Source: the human T2T-CHM13v2.0 reference genome, Homo sapiens. Taken from it: a stretch of DNA of 64,000 bases. The notes beneath the pieces were generated by a model. The model searched no databases, had not been told where the DNA came from, and saw only the letters and a program-made list of their open reading frames with translations. The stretch lies in NCBI RefSeq assembly GCF_009914755.1, contig NC_060927.1. One strand, 5' to 3'. This document shows positions 51,236 through 64,000 of the stretch, piece by piece; positions within the stretch are counted from its first letter, which is position 1; every line of letters begins with the position of its first letter. A program made the translations under genes and the position numbers.

Positions 51236-52693
51236 ATGGGAAACGCTCAGGCATCAACAGGCTCACCCTTGAAATGCATCCTAAGCTATTGGGACCAATT
51301 TGACCTGCAAACCCTGAAAAAGAGTTGGCTCATTTTTTCTGCACTATGGCCTGACCCCAATATTCTCTCTCTGATGGGGAAAAATGGCCACCTGAGGGAA
51401 GTATAAATTGCAATACTATCCTGCAGCTTGACCATTTCTGTAAGAGGGAAGGCAAATGGAGTGAAATATCTTATGTCCAAGCTTTCTTTTCAATGAAGGA
51501 GAATCCACAACTATGCAAAGCTTGCAACTTATATCCCATAGGAGGACCTCTCAGCTTACCCCATATCCTAGCCTCCCTATAGCTCCCCTTCCTATTAATG
51601 ATAAGTGTCCTCTAATCTCCCCCACCCAGAAGGAAATAAGCAAAGAAATCTCCAAAGGACCGCAAAAACCCCCGGGCTATCTATTACGTCTCCTTCAAGC
51701 TGTAGGGGGAGGGGAACTTGGCCCAACCTGGGTACATGTCCCTTTCTCCCTCTCTGACTTAAGGCAGATCAAGGCAGACCTGGGGAAGTTTTCAGACAAT
51801 CCTGATAGGTACATAGATGTCCTACAGGGTATAGGGCAAACTTTTGATCTCACTTGGAGAGATGTCATGCTATTGTTAGATCAAATCCTGACCTTTAATG
51901 AAAAGAATGCAGCTTTAGCTGCAGCCTGAGAGTTTTGAGATATCTGGTATCTTAGTCAAGTAAATGATAGAATGACAGCTGAAGAAAGGGACAAATTCCC
52001 TACCGGTCAGCAAGCCATCCCCAGTATGGATCCCCACTGGGACCTTGCCTCAGATCATGAGGACTGGAGTCATAAACATCTGTTGACCTGTGTTCTAGAA
52101 GGACTACGGAGAATTAGGAAAATCCCATGAATTATTCAATGATGTCCATCAAAACTCAGGGAAAGGAAGAAAATCCTTCTGCCTTCCTCGAGCGGCTACG
52201 AGAGGCCTTAAGAAAATATACTCCCCTGTCACCCGACTCACTCGAGGGTCAATTGATCCTAAAAGATAAGCTTATTACCCAATCAGCCGCAGATATCAGG
52301 AGAAAGCTCCAAAAGTGAGCCCTGGGTCCTGAACAAAATCTGGAGGCATTATTAAACCCGGCAACCTTGGTGTTCTATAATAGGGACCAAGAGGAACAGG
52401 CCCAAAAGGAAAAGCGAGATCAGAGAAAGGCTGGAGACTTAGTCCTGGATCCCAGACAAACAAACCTTGGTGATTCAGAGAGGACAGAAAATGGAGCAGG
52501 CCAATCACCCAGCAGGGCTTGTTATCAGTGTGGTTTACAAGGACACTTTAAAAAAGATTGTCCAGTGAGAAACAAACTGCCCCCTCATCCATGTCCACTA
52601 TGCCAAGGCAATCACTGGAAGGTACACTGCTCAAGAGGACAAAGGTTCTCTGGGCCAGAAGCCACTAATCAGATGATCCAACAACAGGACTGA
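51236..52693 (+). pseudogene. gag: ERV9 gag, disrupted
   Basis: MGNAQASTGSPLKCIL start; VHVPFSLSDL.QIK.DLGKFSD; QGKEENPSAFLERLREAL; two CCHC knuckles (CYQCGLQGHFKKDC, CPLCQGNHWKVHC); frameshifts and stops. Confidence 0.93.
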
Positions 52694-52915
52694 GGGTGCC
52701 TGGGGCAAGTGTCAGCTCATGTCATCTCCCTCACCGAGCCCCGGGTACATTTAACCATTGAGGGCCAGGAAATTCACCTCTTCCTGGACACTGGCGTGGC
52801 TTTTTCAGTGTTATCTCCTGTCCTGGATAGCCGTCCTCAAGGTCCATTACCATCCAAGGAATCCTGGGACAGCCTGTAACCAGGTATTTCTCCCACCTCC
52901 TCAGTTGTAACTGGG
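52694..52915 (+). pseudogene. pro: ERV9 protease remnant
   Basis: ttcctggacactggc (F-L-D-T-G active-site motif), frameshifted and truncated. Confidence 0.8.
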
Positions 52916-53629
52916 AAAATAGCAGCATAAGTGGCTGGCGGAGGCAGGGAAAGACCAGCAGAAAGGAAAGAAAGAGGAAGTCAGAGAGAAAGAGACAAAG
53001 AAGAAGTCAAAAAGAAGAGAAAGAAAAAGAGATGGAAGTAGTAAAGAAAAAACAGTGCTATTCCTTTAAAAGCCAGGGTAAATTTAAAGCTATAATTGAT
53101 AATTGAAGGTCTTCTCCATGACCCTATATCACTGCAATACCACCTTGTTGTCAGTGTAAACAAGGGCATAGCCCAAAAGCACTGAGGCCACTGACAAATC
53201 AAAAGTAGGCTTCCCATCAAAAGTCCTTAACCCAGCAGTTTTCCTAACAGGGGATCTAAATCTTAATTAATTACCAAACAAAGGTCCAACCAGACCTAGG
53301 AGGAACTCCCTTCAGGACAATAGATGGTTCCTCCCAGGTGATTAAGGGAAAAAGACACAATGAGTATTCAGTAAGTGAGAAGGAAACTCTTGTAGAAGTA
53401 GTTAGGAAAATTGCCTAATAATTGTTCTGCTCAAAAGTGTGAGTTGTTTGCACTCAGCCAAACCTTAAACTACTCACAAAATCAGGAAGGAGTCATCTAT
53501 ACCAATTCTAAGTTAATATGAACTGAACAAGGTCTTATTAATGGCAAAGAATAATTGAAATCCCAAACTTACAAGGTTTTCAACAAAAGTAAAGTTTGCT
53601 AAAATTTAACAGTGTAACATGTATTATCC

Positions 53630-54245
53630 TACTACCACACACTCTCAAAGGATTTCTCAGACAGTTGCAAGAAATAATGAAATCTATCCTTACTCTATAA
53701 TCCCAAATAGACTCTTTGTCAGCAGTGATTCTCTAAAACCACTGAGGCCTAGACCTCCTCACTGCTGAGAAAGGAGGGCTCTGCACCCTCTTAGGGAAAT
53801 AATTTTGTTTTTACACTAACCAGTCAGGGATAGTACAAGATGTCACCTGGCATTTACAGGAAAAGGCTTCTGAAATCAGACAACACCTTTCAAACCCTTA
53901 TACCAAACTCTGGCATTGGGCAACATGGTTTCTCCCCTTTCTAGGTCCCATGGCAGCCATCTTGCTATTATTTACCTTCAGGCCCTGTATTTTTAACCTC
54001 CTTGTCAAATTTGTTTCCTCTAGGATTGAGGCCATCAAGCTACAGATGATTTTACAAATGTAACCCCAAATGAGCTCAACTAACAACTTCTACCGAGGAC
54101 TCCTGGACCAACCCACTGGCCCTTTCACTGGCCTAAAGAGTTCCCCTCTGGAGGACACTACAACTGCAGGGCCCCTTCTTCACCCCATCCAGCAGGAAGT
54201 AGCTAGAGAGGTCATCGGCCAATTCCCAACAGCAGTTGGGGTGTC
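53630..54245 (+). pseudogene. env: ERV9 env TM remnant
   Basis: Frame from 53701 reads SQIDSLSAVIL*NH*GLDLLTAEKGGLC, a decayed immunosuppressive domain. Confidence 0.9.
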
Positions 54246-54262
54246 CTGTTTAGAGTGGGGAT

Positions 54263-54751
54263 TGAGAGGTGAAGCCAGCTGGGCTTCTGGGTTGGGTGAG
54301 GACTTGGAGAACGTTTTTTCTAGCTAAAGGATTGTAAATGCACCAATCAGCACTCTGTAAAATGGACCAATCAGCAGGACATGGGTGGGGCCAAATAAGG
54401 GAATAAAAGCTGGCCACCCCAGCCGGCAGTGGCAACCCGCTCGGGTCCCCTTCCATGCTGTGGAAGCTTTGTTCTTTCACTCTTCACAGTAAATCTTGCT
54501 GCTACTCACTCTGGGTCCACAACCAAAAAGCTGTTAACACTAAGCACAAGGGGCTGCGGCTTCATTCCTGAAATCAGCAAGACCACGAACCCACCAGAAG
54601 GAAGAAACTCTGGACACATCTGAACATCTGAAGGAACAAACTCTGGACACACCATCTTTAAGAGCTGTAACACTCACCACGAGGGTCCACAGCTTCATTC
54701 TTGAAGTCAGCGAGACCAAGAACCCACCAGAAGGAATAAATTCCAGACACA
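54263..54751 (+). promoter_or_regulatory. 3' LTR12 with short U3
   Basis: Only two ccaatcagc copies; poly(A) signal position reads agtaaa (54488). Confidence 0.9.
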
Positions 54752-55394
54752 GTAGGTCTCTTCATGGTCCAGTTATTTGGGTTATGAAGAGAAAGTCTTT
54801 ATTGTAAAAGCTTCCATTATACTGCAATGGAAATATATTATAATAAAAAGAATAAGTCCATATGCCATGAATTGGCAACATCTGTTCCACCTCCATTCTA
54901 TGGGATATGAAGGAATAGTACATGGAGCACCTTGATACATAGTAAGATGTTAAGGAATAGCATAACTACAAAAATCACATTCTTTATAGTGACATAATTA
55001 AATCTGATGGCAGAGCGACAAGATATTAAATCCACATATTATAATTATCTGAAAGTTAAAACTTCAGTCAAATAGTAGTGTGTATGTGTATGTATTAAAA
55101 CAACATCAATTTATTTGAGTTATTTTACTGAATTAGCAAGGTGTACCAAAATATCAACAATCTTTGTAAGGGCATATGTTTGAAACTTAACATCAGTCAA
55201 TTTAAAAAAAAAAAAAAAGCTAACCTAGACTATACATAGGGACTTTATCATGTAATGCAATAGGTAAAATTGTATACCTAATTAAACACAATACTCCATG
55301 AAATATAGAAAAATATATATTATGCTTTTTTTAATGAAGTAGCTTTTTCCTGTTTCAACATAATTTTCACTTACCTAATGGTAACTATAAAGTT

Positions 55395-55595
55395 GTGTCA
55401 GTGATTAAAGGCACAAATTTGAGGACAGAAGCCAGGAATCAAATTCAAATTTTACCATTCACTAATTGTATAACTTAAACATTCTAGGCCAAAACTTAAT
55501 CATCAACCCTATGTATGATTGCAAATTTATCATGCTAAGTGCTTATAAACACAACTAGCACTCCACAAATAGTCAATAAATATTAGCTGTAATAG
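55395..55595 (+). mobile_element. MIR
   Basis: gtgattaaaggcaca..caaattc..taagtgctta..tcaataaatattagct. Confidence 0.6.
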
Positions 55596-55719
55596 TTTCA
55601 GCTGTAGGGGACATGGGTTCAGTAAGAATGAACAAGATAATATCTTCGCTAGATTTTATAAAAGCATAATATATAATATGTATTTTTTTATAAAAGCATA
55701 AATTATAAAGATGTTTAGT

Positions 55720-56400
55720 ATCAGTTGTAGGAGTTTTGATTCTTTGTAAGACAACTAGTCATCATAGAATATTTTAGGTTAGGCAAATTTGACCTGATAT
55801 TAGAAAATAAAATTCAGTGAATTGATAGGAAAACTTTGGATTAAAATAATTAAAAGGGACTGATAACTAGAAATCAAGAATTTGCTTAAGTATCAAAATA
55901 CTGTTAGAGGCAATAAGGACTTTCTTCAGGAAGCAAAGAGAATGGAAAGCAGGGTTGAGGTTTGTCTGCACCAGAATGCACAAGATTTGATGACTGGAAG
56001 TAAATGAAAGAGCCAAATATGAGGACCTCAAGGTTCAGTAATTAGAAAAACAGTAACGTATTAACAGAATCAGAAAGACCTAAAAAGAAAAGAAAAGAAG
56101 AAAAGAAAAGAAAGAAAAGAAAAAGAAAACCTAGGCTAAACGGAAAGGAATAAAGCTTTAAGTAAAATGTTGGTATCCTCTCAGTTCCTTGATCATATAC
56201 CATTTAATAACTGTTCAAACATATATTAAACACTGAAAAATGAAAAAAAGGGAAGAAAGCAAGTTATGAAATTTACTCTATAAAGTTAAATACTTTAAAA
56301 GGTTAAGGTGGAGAAGGATGGAGAAAATGTCATTGTAAATGGATACTTAAAATGTGATGATTGAGACCCTTAAAGTGGTTTCAGTTGTCTGATAATAATG
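55720..56400 (-). mobile_element. L2 remnant with (GAAAA)n tract
   Basis: gtaggagttttgattct.., caagatttgatgactgga.. resemble antisense L2; highly diverged. Confidence 0.45.
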
Positions 56401-56786
56401 AAACAATATTAAACAGAGAGGATGTGATGAAAAAGAAAAATTAGTGTTTATATTTTAAGGAACTATTTGATAATTACAGTAATTTAAAAACATTGTAAAA
56501 AAAGTGGAAGAGAAGCCACTTACAGTGTGAAGGAAGACAAACATAAAACGGGAAGAAGTAAAAATGATATGGAGGGACACTGACACAGGGGAGGCATTGG
56601 TACTTCAAAATAGGCTCAATTTTTTTAAAAAAATAGAGAGTTTATGTTATGAATACTTCTAAGTAAAATATGAGTTAACCTATAAAAAAGAAAAATCAGA
56701 CACTATAGGTTTAGTAAACTAAAGTGTGTGCTAAAACAAATGGAAGAGATGGATATGTTGGAAGGGCATTGAACCAGAAAACCTAG

Positions 56787-57180
<394 letters not shown>

Positions 57181-57519
57181 CAAAATGCTCGTTCTCTAAT
57201 GAGAGGGCATTCCAGTTTTGCAATGGGAAATATTGGTTTATTTCTTTCATTAATATCTCTGAGTAATTCATGATATTAATTGTTCTGTAAGGGATTCTTT
57301 GAACAATATAGTTTTAATAAAATTCAATATCATCATAATAAATAAAAATTCTGTTAGGGTATTCTTACAAATAATAAAATGTTCTCTTCCAGGTATAACG
57401 TGTCTACTGAATCTTTATTGAGAGCCAAGTAATTCAAGTCATAAACTACCAATTGGTGGCTGGATTACTGAAACATGGATTCTCAAGATTTTATTTTATT
57501 TTATTTGCATGAAGCCTTG

Positions 57520-57956
57520 TGTATTAGTCAGGGTTCTCCAGAGGGACAGAATTAATAGGATAGATGTATACATAAAGGGGAGTTTATTAAGGAGTATTAA
57601 CTCACATGGTCACGAGGTAAGTTCGTCTGCAAGCTGAGCAAGGAAGCCAGTCTGAGTCCTAAAGCTGAAGAACTTGGAGTCTGATGTTCGAGGGCAGAAG
57701 GCAGCCAGCATGAGAGAAAGATGTAGACTCAGAGGCTAAGCCAGTCGAGTATTTTCACCTTCTTCTGCCTGCTTTTATTCTAGCTGAGCTAGCAGCTGAT
57801 TAAATTGTGCCCACCCAGATTGAGGGTGGGTCTGCCTTTTCCAGTCCACTGACTCAAATGTTAATTTCCTTTGGCAACATACTCACAGACACACCCAGGA
57901 ACAATATTTTGCATTCTCCAATCCAATCAAGTTGACACTCAGTATTAACTATCACA
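57520..57956 (-). mobile_element. MLT2A (HERV-L) solo LTR
   Basis: tgtattagtcagggttctccagagggacagaa..gtgcccacccagattgagggtgggtctgcc..caatccaatcaagttgacactcagtattaactatcaca; TSD ccttg / tcttg. Confidence 0.94.
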
Positions 57957-58519
57957 TCTTGTTTGTGACAGAAGATATAAGAAAGAGATCTGTGTGTGTG
58001 TGTTTTAGAAAATTAGAGGAAATGGACAAGAGAGAAGAAGTTTACTTAGCTGAGCCCCATAGACTAGTGTCTATTCCCCAAGGAGAAATTGATTGCAGTA
58101 GAGTTTCAGTAGCCATTTTCATAAACTTAAGAGTAAAATATGGGTACAAAAGCATGCTGAATACATATCAAATTGACTTAGTATGACATGGAATAAAGAA
58201 GATAGGCATTTTGCTCACTTATTCATGAACTATTCCACATCCATTCTGATGTATTGGTAGAAATACTTACCAGAGCAGCTGCAAAGAAGTTATTATGCTA
58301 TAACAGACGTTATGATGTAGCCAATGCCTGGAAGACATAGTGAAATCTGTCGGTTGCCCAGCAGAGGAATGATAGTATTGGAGGGATAGGACTTGCTTTT
58401 GGGAAAATTAGTGGTACATTCTCAAAGAGCAATAATAGGAGGAAGACAGATTTTATACAAGGAGTACATACCAGAGAATTTTGATTTGGTCAGCATGGCA
58501 AAAGCATTAATAGACCCCA

Positions 58520-58720
58520 CTATCAAAATATTGAATGCAAGAAGCCATAATTAAAGTGCATACACTAAAGATTTCATTTATATAAAGTTTAAAGGTAATA
58601 AAAATTAATTTATGCTGGTAGAATTAAGAGGAGTATTTACCCTTAGAGCAGAAGCCACCGATTGCAAGGACACATAAAAAAATTTCAGGAGTGATAGGTC
58701 ATTTTCTATTTCTTGATCTA
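58520..58720 (+). mobile_element. L1ME 3' fragment
   Basis: ttgaatgcaagaagcca..gatttcatttatataaagtt..aaaattaatttatg..ttctatttcttgatct. Confidence 0.55.
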
Positions 58721-59094
58721 GCACTAAGATCAAGCCAAACACTTATTATTTGGCCCATTTTAGAAATGCAGGTCATATATTAATGAAGTAGCTATTAAAA
58801 TTAAGGTGAAGGCTTCATAAAGATGAGTTAATAAAAATTCACATGCGCTAGTATCAAATGAGCTTAGAACTATCTAGTAATTCAACTGTATTTCCTATTT
58901 ATTCTTCAACTCTTCTTAGGGCTATTTCATACTTATTAAATTTCTAGCACTGTCTCTTTTCCTCATCCTCCATTTCAGTCAATGATCTTGCTTTCTTTTT
59001 TACTAAGAGAAAATAAAAGAAGGCACCTGGAGATTATTTCCTCATGCATCTGCTATCATGTCCAACAACGTAACTGCATTTGTACTCATACCTT

Positions 59095-59270
59095 GAATTT
59101 ATTCATTCATACATTCATTTATGCATTTATTCATTCAGTGGGACAAATAGGCCTTGGAACCTGGTATGTATCAGGAACTGTTTTGGATATAGAGTAATAT
59201 AGCAGGGTCCAAAACATATGAGAATCTGAAATTGTGGAGATTATATTCTAGCAGGAAGATACAGAAAAAA
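59095..59270 (-). mobile_element. L2 3' end
   Basis: (ATTC)n-like tail, then tatgtatcaggaactgttttgg..tatattctag. Confidence 0.65.
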
Positions 59271-59299
59271 ATAAAGCAAAATTTAAATAGTTGGATTTT

Positions 59300-59535
59300 T
59301 CTATTTTTGAGATCTATTGTACTGTGTAGTAAATATAGTTAATAACTGAGCACCATACATTTCATTATCACCAAGAGAGTAAACTCAAATGTTCCATCAC
59401 AAAAATTTCAAGTATTTGTGGTGATGGGTTTATTAGTTTTATTTAATTTTTTCACATTGTATTCAAAATCATAACATCACTTTGTGCCCCATGAATATAT
59501 ACAACTGTAATTTGTCAATATAAATGAATAAATAA
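59300..59535 (+). mobile_element. L1MA6-like 3' terminus
   Basis: tttgagatctattg..atagttaataa..cataacatcactttgtgccccatgaatatatacaa..aatttgtcaat. Confidence 0.85.
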
Positions 59536-59626
59536 TTGCTTTGAATGCTATTGAAAAATAAAAGAAGCAAACCATTTACATAGAAGGTATAATTTCCAAT
59601 AGGCTAGTCTTGGAATGCTTCATTTT

Positions 59627-59830
59627 GTTAACATGAAATAAAAATATAGAGAGATGAATCTTTAGGCAAAGAGTTTATTTGAAACTCTGTTAGAACGACA
59701 AATCAGGACACACAAGCCAGGTTAGCCCCTAGGTATGTCCAAAGACAAAGAGAAAGGCTGAAGTTTTAGTGGGGGAAAAGAAGACAGCTAATTAAGTTGT
59801 TTTGAACATTCATTGGTGCTGGGCAAGGTC
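59627..59830 (-). mobile_element. ERV1 LTR fragment (MER67-like)
   Basis: tgttaacatgaaataaaaatatagagagatgaatct..gtttatttg (antisense poly(A) signal). Confidence 0.4.
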
Positions 59831-60389
59831 TTGCTGCATGAGCCTGCTTTGCATGTTCTAAGAGGACAGTGAATGTCATTGGAATAGGAATAATAGGGTA
59901 CTGAGGGATGGAATAAGCAAACTCAAAAAAATCCTGTTGGCAGCTTCTTCAAAACATGGCTAACATTTAATACCTCTCACCACTCTATTATTACCCCTAG
60001 CTCAAAGCTACCATCAACTCTCCCTTGACTATAGTAACACTCTACTTCAAGGAAAAGTTTCCCTCTTCTTACAGATTTGAAGACGCATATCTTTGTGAGA
60101 CATCTTTGTCAATGTGAACAAGGCCAAACACTGAATGCTTTAATGGAATGGACCTGGGTGCTTGGCAGTTGGTTGACTACATAGCTATACAAGTCCTCAT
60201 TTAACTAACTCGAGAAATTGCATAGCAGAGATATAAACATAGTATTCTATCCTATTTAATCCATAGTATTTGGCGATTATTTATTACAGCAACCTAACCT
60301 GTATTCTAGCTAATGCAAGGAAGCTGCTAGATGTATATATTAAGGAATATGATTTCTTGGTACTTAATTATTAATAATTCTTAGAAAAA

Positions 60390-60730
60390 AGTAAAACATT
60401 TAGAACCACTTAGTTATGTGAATTTACTTTTTAAACTGCCAATATCATGGAATCTAAATTCAAATTAAGTATTTTCAATGAAAATTGAGCTATAAATATA
60501 AATTATTATGCACATTGATATTAAAATAATTTCTATAGAAAAACAAGGTAAAATATTTTTAAAATAATTTTACAATGTTTTTATCTTTAAAAATTATAAT
60601 ATTTGGGACTTACTGCATTAAATACATTATTAAAATCCGATTCATTGGTTTCATTTTATTTTTTATATGTTGCTACTGATACTTTAAAATTAGAATATAT
60701 TGGGGATTATATTTCTATTGAATAATGCTG
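60390..60730. mobile_element. Charlie1/MER33-type terminal fragment
   Basis: gaatctaaattcaaattaagtattttcaatgaaaatt..tattaaaat..atgttgctact..attatatttctattgaataatgctg. Confidence 0.6.
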
Positions 60731-62968
60731 ATCTACAAATTTGATGCTATTTACATTGGTGCTTTTTTTTTGCTTGAAAAGCAAAAAAAATACATGACTT
60801 CAGTTGTCTCTTTTTTAAAGAAGTACATTAGTAAAGGTAATGATTAGTAACATAATCATTGCCTATGTTAATGTTATTATTATGTATTACAAAACAATGA
60901 TATTCTAATTCTAAAATGCATTGTTTATGTTTTAGCCAAAACAGTTATATAAAGCATTATTTGTACATTTGGCACTTATAGTACTATTTCATATCTACTT
61001 TTATATTTCAGATAGACAGTTTTGAGAAAATTATACATTTTTGGAATATTAGACATGATGCCTATTAAAATAATACAAATCAAAATATGCAATGTATATA
61101 ATATTAAGCACAGAACTCAAAAATGCATTTATTTAAATAAGCTACCCATTGGTGACTGAATTGAACTGATGAATACTGTCTTTTTAAAACTTGAGAAAAT
61201 TGTAAAAATGCATTATATAAGAACTTGATATGATTATTTAAAAAAAATCACAATTTTTAAATCCCTGAAAAAATGTCTTCAAAGAATCTATTACCTTTTT
61301 GCTCCAAATACTCTCAAACCATTTGGAGCCATTTGCTACACATTTAGAAACATTTGTCTTCTGAGAACTCCTTGGAAAATATTACACTTTGAATACAGTT
61401 TTACAGTGTAATGTTTGAAAAGTGATGGAAATTTTTATAAATACTTAAAGGAATAGAAAAGTGTCCTGATCTAGAACTACTTATACTTTTTTTTTGCTCA
61501 ACAAATAATAACTGAAATTACAAACTTAAATAGCAATGAAGTCAATTTCCTTCCCTTCTAACAACACAGCAAGAGCGTCCTAGAAGGCTGATTTTTTAAA
61601 AAAAACGTATTTTCAGATTTAATTGTCAATATGAGACTCAGTTTCTGAAAGACAGAATATGCTACATTTATGTTATTTTTAACCTCTGGGTACTTCCTTA
61701 GACTCAAATACAAAAACTAGGGATTTAAAATCATTTAATCTTAAAAAAGCATTCATTTGATATGTAAATTAGATAGGGAAACAGAGATGTGGGAATAGTT
61801 TTACTCTCTAAATCAATCCCCTAAGGACATTAGACTATTTCAGGTTTTATTGAACATTCCATCAATTGCCTACTAACCCTAATAATAAGCTACCTAATGA
61901 TCCTTTGGAACGTAAATTCTTACTGAAGTTTTTCCTAGGTTTATTTCTCCCTATTGTACCCTTAATAAACTTAAATTCATCTGGTTGATTTTTGTAATGC
62001 AATCATATTATTAATCTTTAAATAAATGAAACCTTGTGAGCAGCAAAGGCTTTTGAGAGTTCTTTTTCTCCCTTTTACAGTACAGTCAAAATTACATGTA
62101 AAAACTCAGTTGAAGATAGCATTACCTCTCTGTATTTGCATATAGTTTCAACATTAGTTTTAGCAAAGATAACCACACAATCTAAGTTTTCTATTGATCT
62201 TAAAAGGCTCAAGATATATTTTGACCATTTATAGATATTTTAATTGCAAGAGCATTCAACAAGCAAATTTCTGACAATAACATGCTTCTGAATACAGACA
62301 AAACATAAGACATTAGGTAAAGGGGGAAAAAACCTAACTTCTCTCTCACTTTCTCTCTATCTCACTCACAGATATTTATCTATATCTATAAATATAGGTG
62401 TAGATATATGCATGTATGGAAAGATAAATAAATATAATACATATATACCAATATCTTTATGGCAATAAAAACAACCTGCTTATCAAATATAAATGAGAGA
62501 TTCTAACACTTATTTCCTAGTAACTAAAATTATTCTTTGATTTGTTTTGTTTTTTAAAGTTTTTCTTAAATTTTATAATATGTTAAAGCATATTTTTCCT
62601 GCATTTAATTTTACTGTCAAGAAATTCATAATCTTTTCTACTTATAGAGTCTCCATTAACCAGCATCTATAAATGTATAGCTTTTAAACTGTGTCAGTTG
62701 AGGTGTGGTCAATATGAGTTTATTAGCACTTACTGTTAAATGGGCCAATAGCTGAATATTGTCATCAGCGACTTTCTGAAAAGGGTGATACTCAAGTCAG
62801 TAACAGACATTTTAGCTTATTATAAAGGGATTTAGTTTGTGGTACTAGATTGTGGCATGAAGGAGGGTACAAAAAGAGAAGTATATTCATACCTCTTACC
62901 TGTTCTAGTGAAATCTCTAGATAAGTAAAAAACATAGCTTCATAAATTTCCAGAAATTTCTGATTTTC

Positions 62969-62984
62969 TACACACAGACACACA

Positions 62985-63020
<36 letters not shown>

Positions 63021-63028
63021 TACACACA
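62969..63028. repeat. (CA)n microsatellite
   Basis: Visible run with caga interruptions. Confidence 0.95.
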
Positions 63029-63500
63029 GTTGTAAGCATTTACTCTTTTGTCTTATCCCTACTGTTTTCTGCTAGCATTCTCTATGTCACATATCAGAGT
63101 GTGCAATCACTGTGCACTATGGTATTGAAATGAGGTCCCAATTTTGATATAACTTGCTCAAATTTCCAAAGAAAATATAACCTTTTTACTCTCCATAGAT
63201 AAATTTTACTAACTTTTCTGTTTCTTCTATACTTGACATTTTAGAGTAATTCCTTCTCTTCCCTTTAAAACAATCTCTTCCAAGTTAGTTAAACTTAGGC
63301 AAATTCTTGGTCTCATAATGCCTCTCCCTTCTGATGCTGCTGTTATAAATAGTCTCTGGGTATATGAGCTAGAAGGACTGGTAAATGATGATTTGGTGAT
63401 TTATGACTGTTAGCAACATGTGATTTTAACTCCTGTGAATTCTTGCTAGTTTTTCCTGGGCCTTTTAAACTACCTAAGTTAGAGATGTGTTTTAAGTTTT

Positions 63501-63502
<2 letters not shown>

Positions 63503-63546
<44 letters not shown>
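63503..63546. repeat. (GT)n microsatellite
   Basis: About 21-22 perfect units. Confidence 0.97.
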
Positions 63547-63547
<1 letters not shown>

Positions 63548-63734
63548 GTTTTGTTTTCTCTCTGGATAGTTTTTAGATGCTTTTTGTGGTTGAATTGGAT
63601 CAATCATGCTTGGTGCTGTAAACTGTTCTTGAACTTCATCTATATTCTCCTCCTGGCTTCTTCCTACCCCTTCATATTTGTGGTAGCATCGCTTTGCCAC
63701 TTGCCACAGACATCTCCACAGCAGGCTTCCTAGA

Positions 63735-64000
63735 TGTCTTAGTCTGTTTTGAGTAGCTACAACTGAATACCTGAGGCTGGGTAATTCATAAACAACATAA
63801 ATTTGTTTCCTAAGAGTTCTGGAGGCTAGGAAGTTCAAGATCAAAGTACTGGCATCTGATGAGGTCCTTCTTGCTGCATCCTCACATGGCAGAAGGCAGA
63901 AGAACAAAATAGGATGAACATCATGTCCCTACATGGCAGAAGAACAGAGAGAAAGAACCCACTCCTATAAGCCCTTTTAATAGTGGCATTAAACCCATTT
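63735..64000 (-). mobile_element. MST (B/C/D-like) MaLR LTR, cut by the window end
   Basis: tgtcttagtctgtttt..aatacctgaggctgggtaatt..gttctggaggctaggaagttcaagatcaa..gcatcctcacatggcagaagg. Confidence 0.88.

Larger units (their letters stand above)
49274..54751 (+). mobile_element. ERV9 (HERV9/LTR12) provirus with most of pol and env-SU deleted
   Basis: Two LTR12-type LTRs tgagaggtgaagccagctgggc..gacaca, 4-bp TSD gtag, PBS, gag/pro/env-TM remnants, PPT. Confidence 0.97.

Noticed and set aside
63479-63907. 142-aa ORF with a THTH repeat
   Set aside because: Artefact of an MST LTR plus a (GT)n microsatellite.

Overview
AT-rich, repeat-dense primate (catarrhine, probably human) genomic DNA, judged from AluY/AluS/AluJ, L1PA/L1MA, THE1A, MLT2A and an ERV9/LTR12 provirus. 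No intact protein-coding gene is supported: the listed ORFs are Alu, L1, LTR or microsatellite read-throughs or decayed retroviral fragments. Main landmarks are an old L1 retaining its 5' end (11.6-15.7 kb), Tigger3b with a nested THE1 solo LTR, a full THE1A provirus nested with MLT1D in an LTR16-like element, and an internally deleted ERV9 provirus (49274-54751) with asymmetric LTRs. I found no evidence of a new multi-gene system. The most unusual signals are mechanistic fossils: a TSD-flanked tailless tRNA-Gly 5' fragment retrocopy, an Alu with a twin-priming-type inversion, a tiny L1 with a 28-bp 3' transduction, four locally templated copies, several fold-back palindrome clusters, and one 12-nt microexon-like candidate. 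Subfamily names come from recalled consensus motifs, not a database run, and boundaries of old repeats are approximate.
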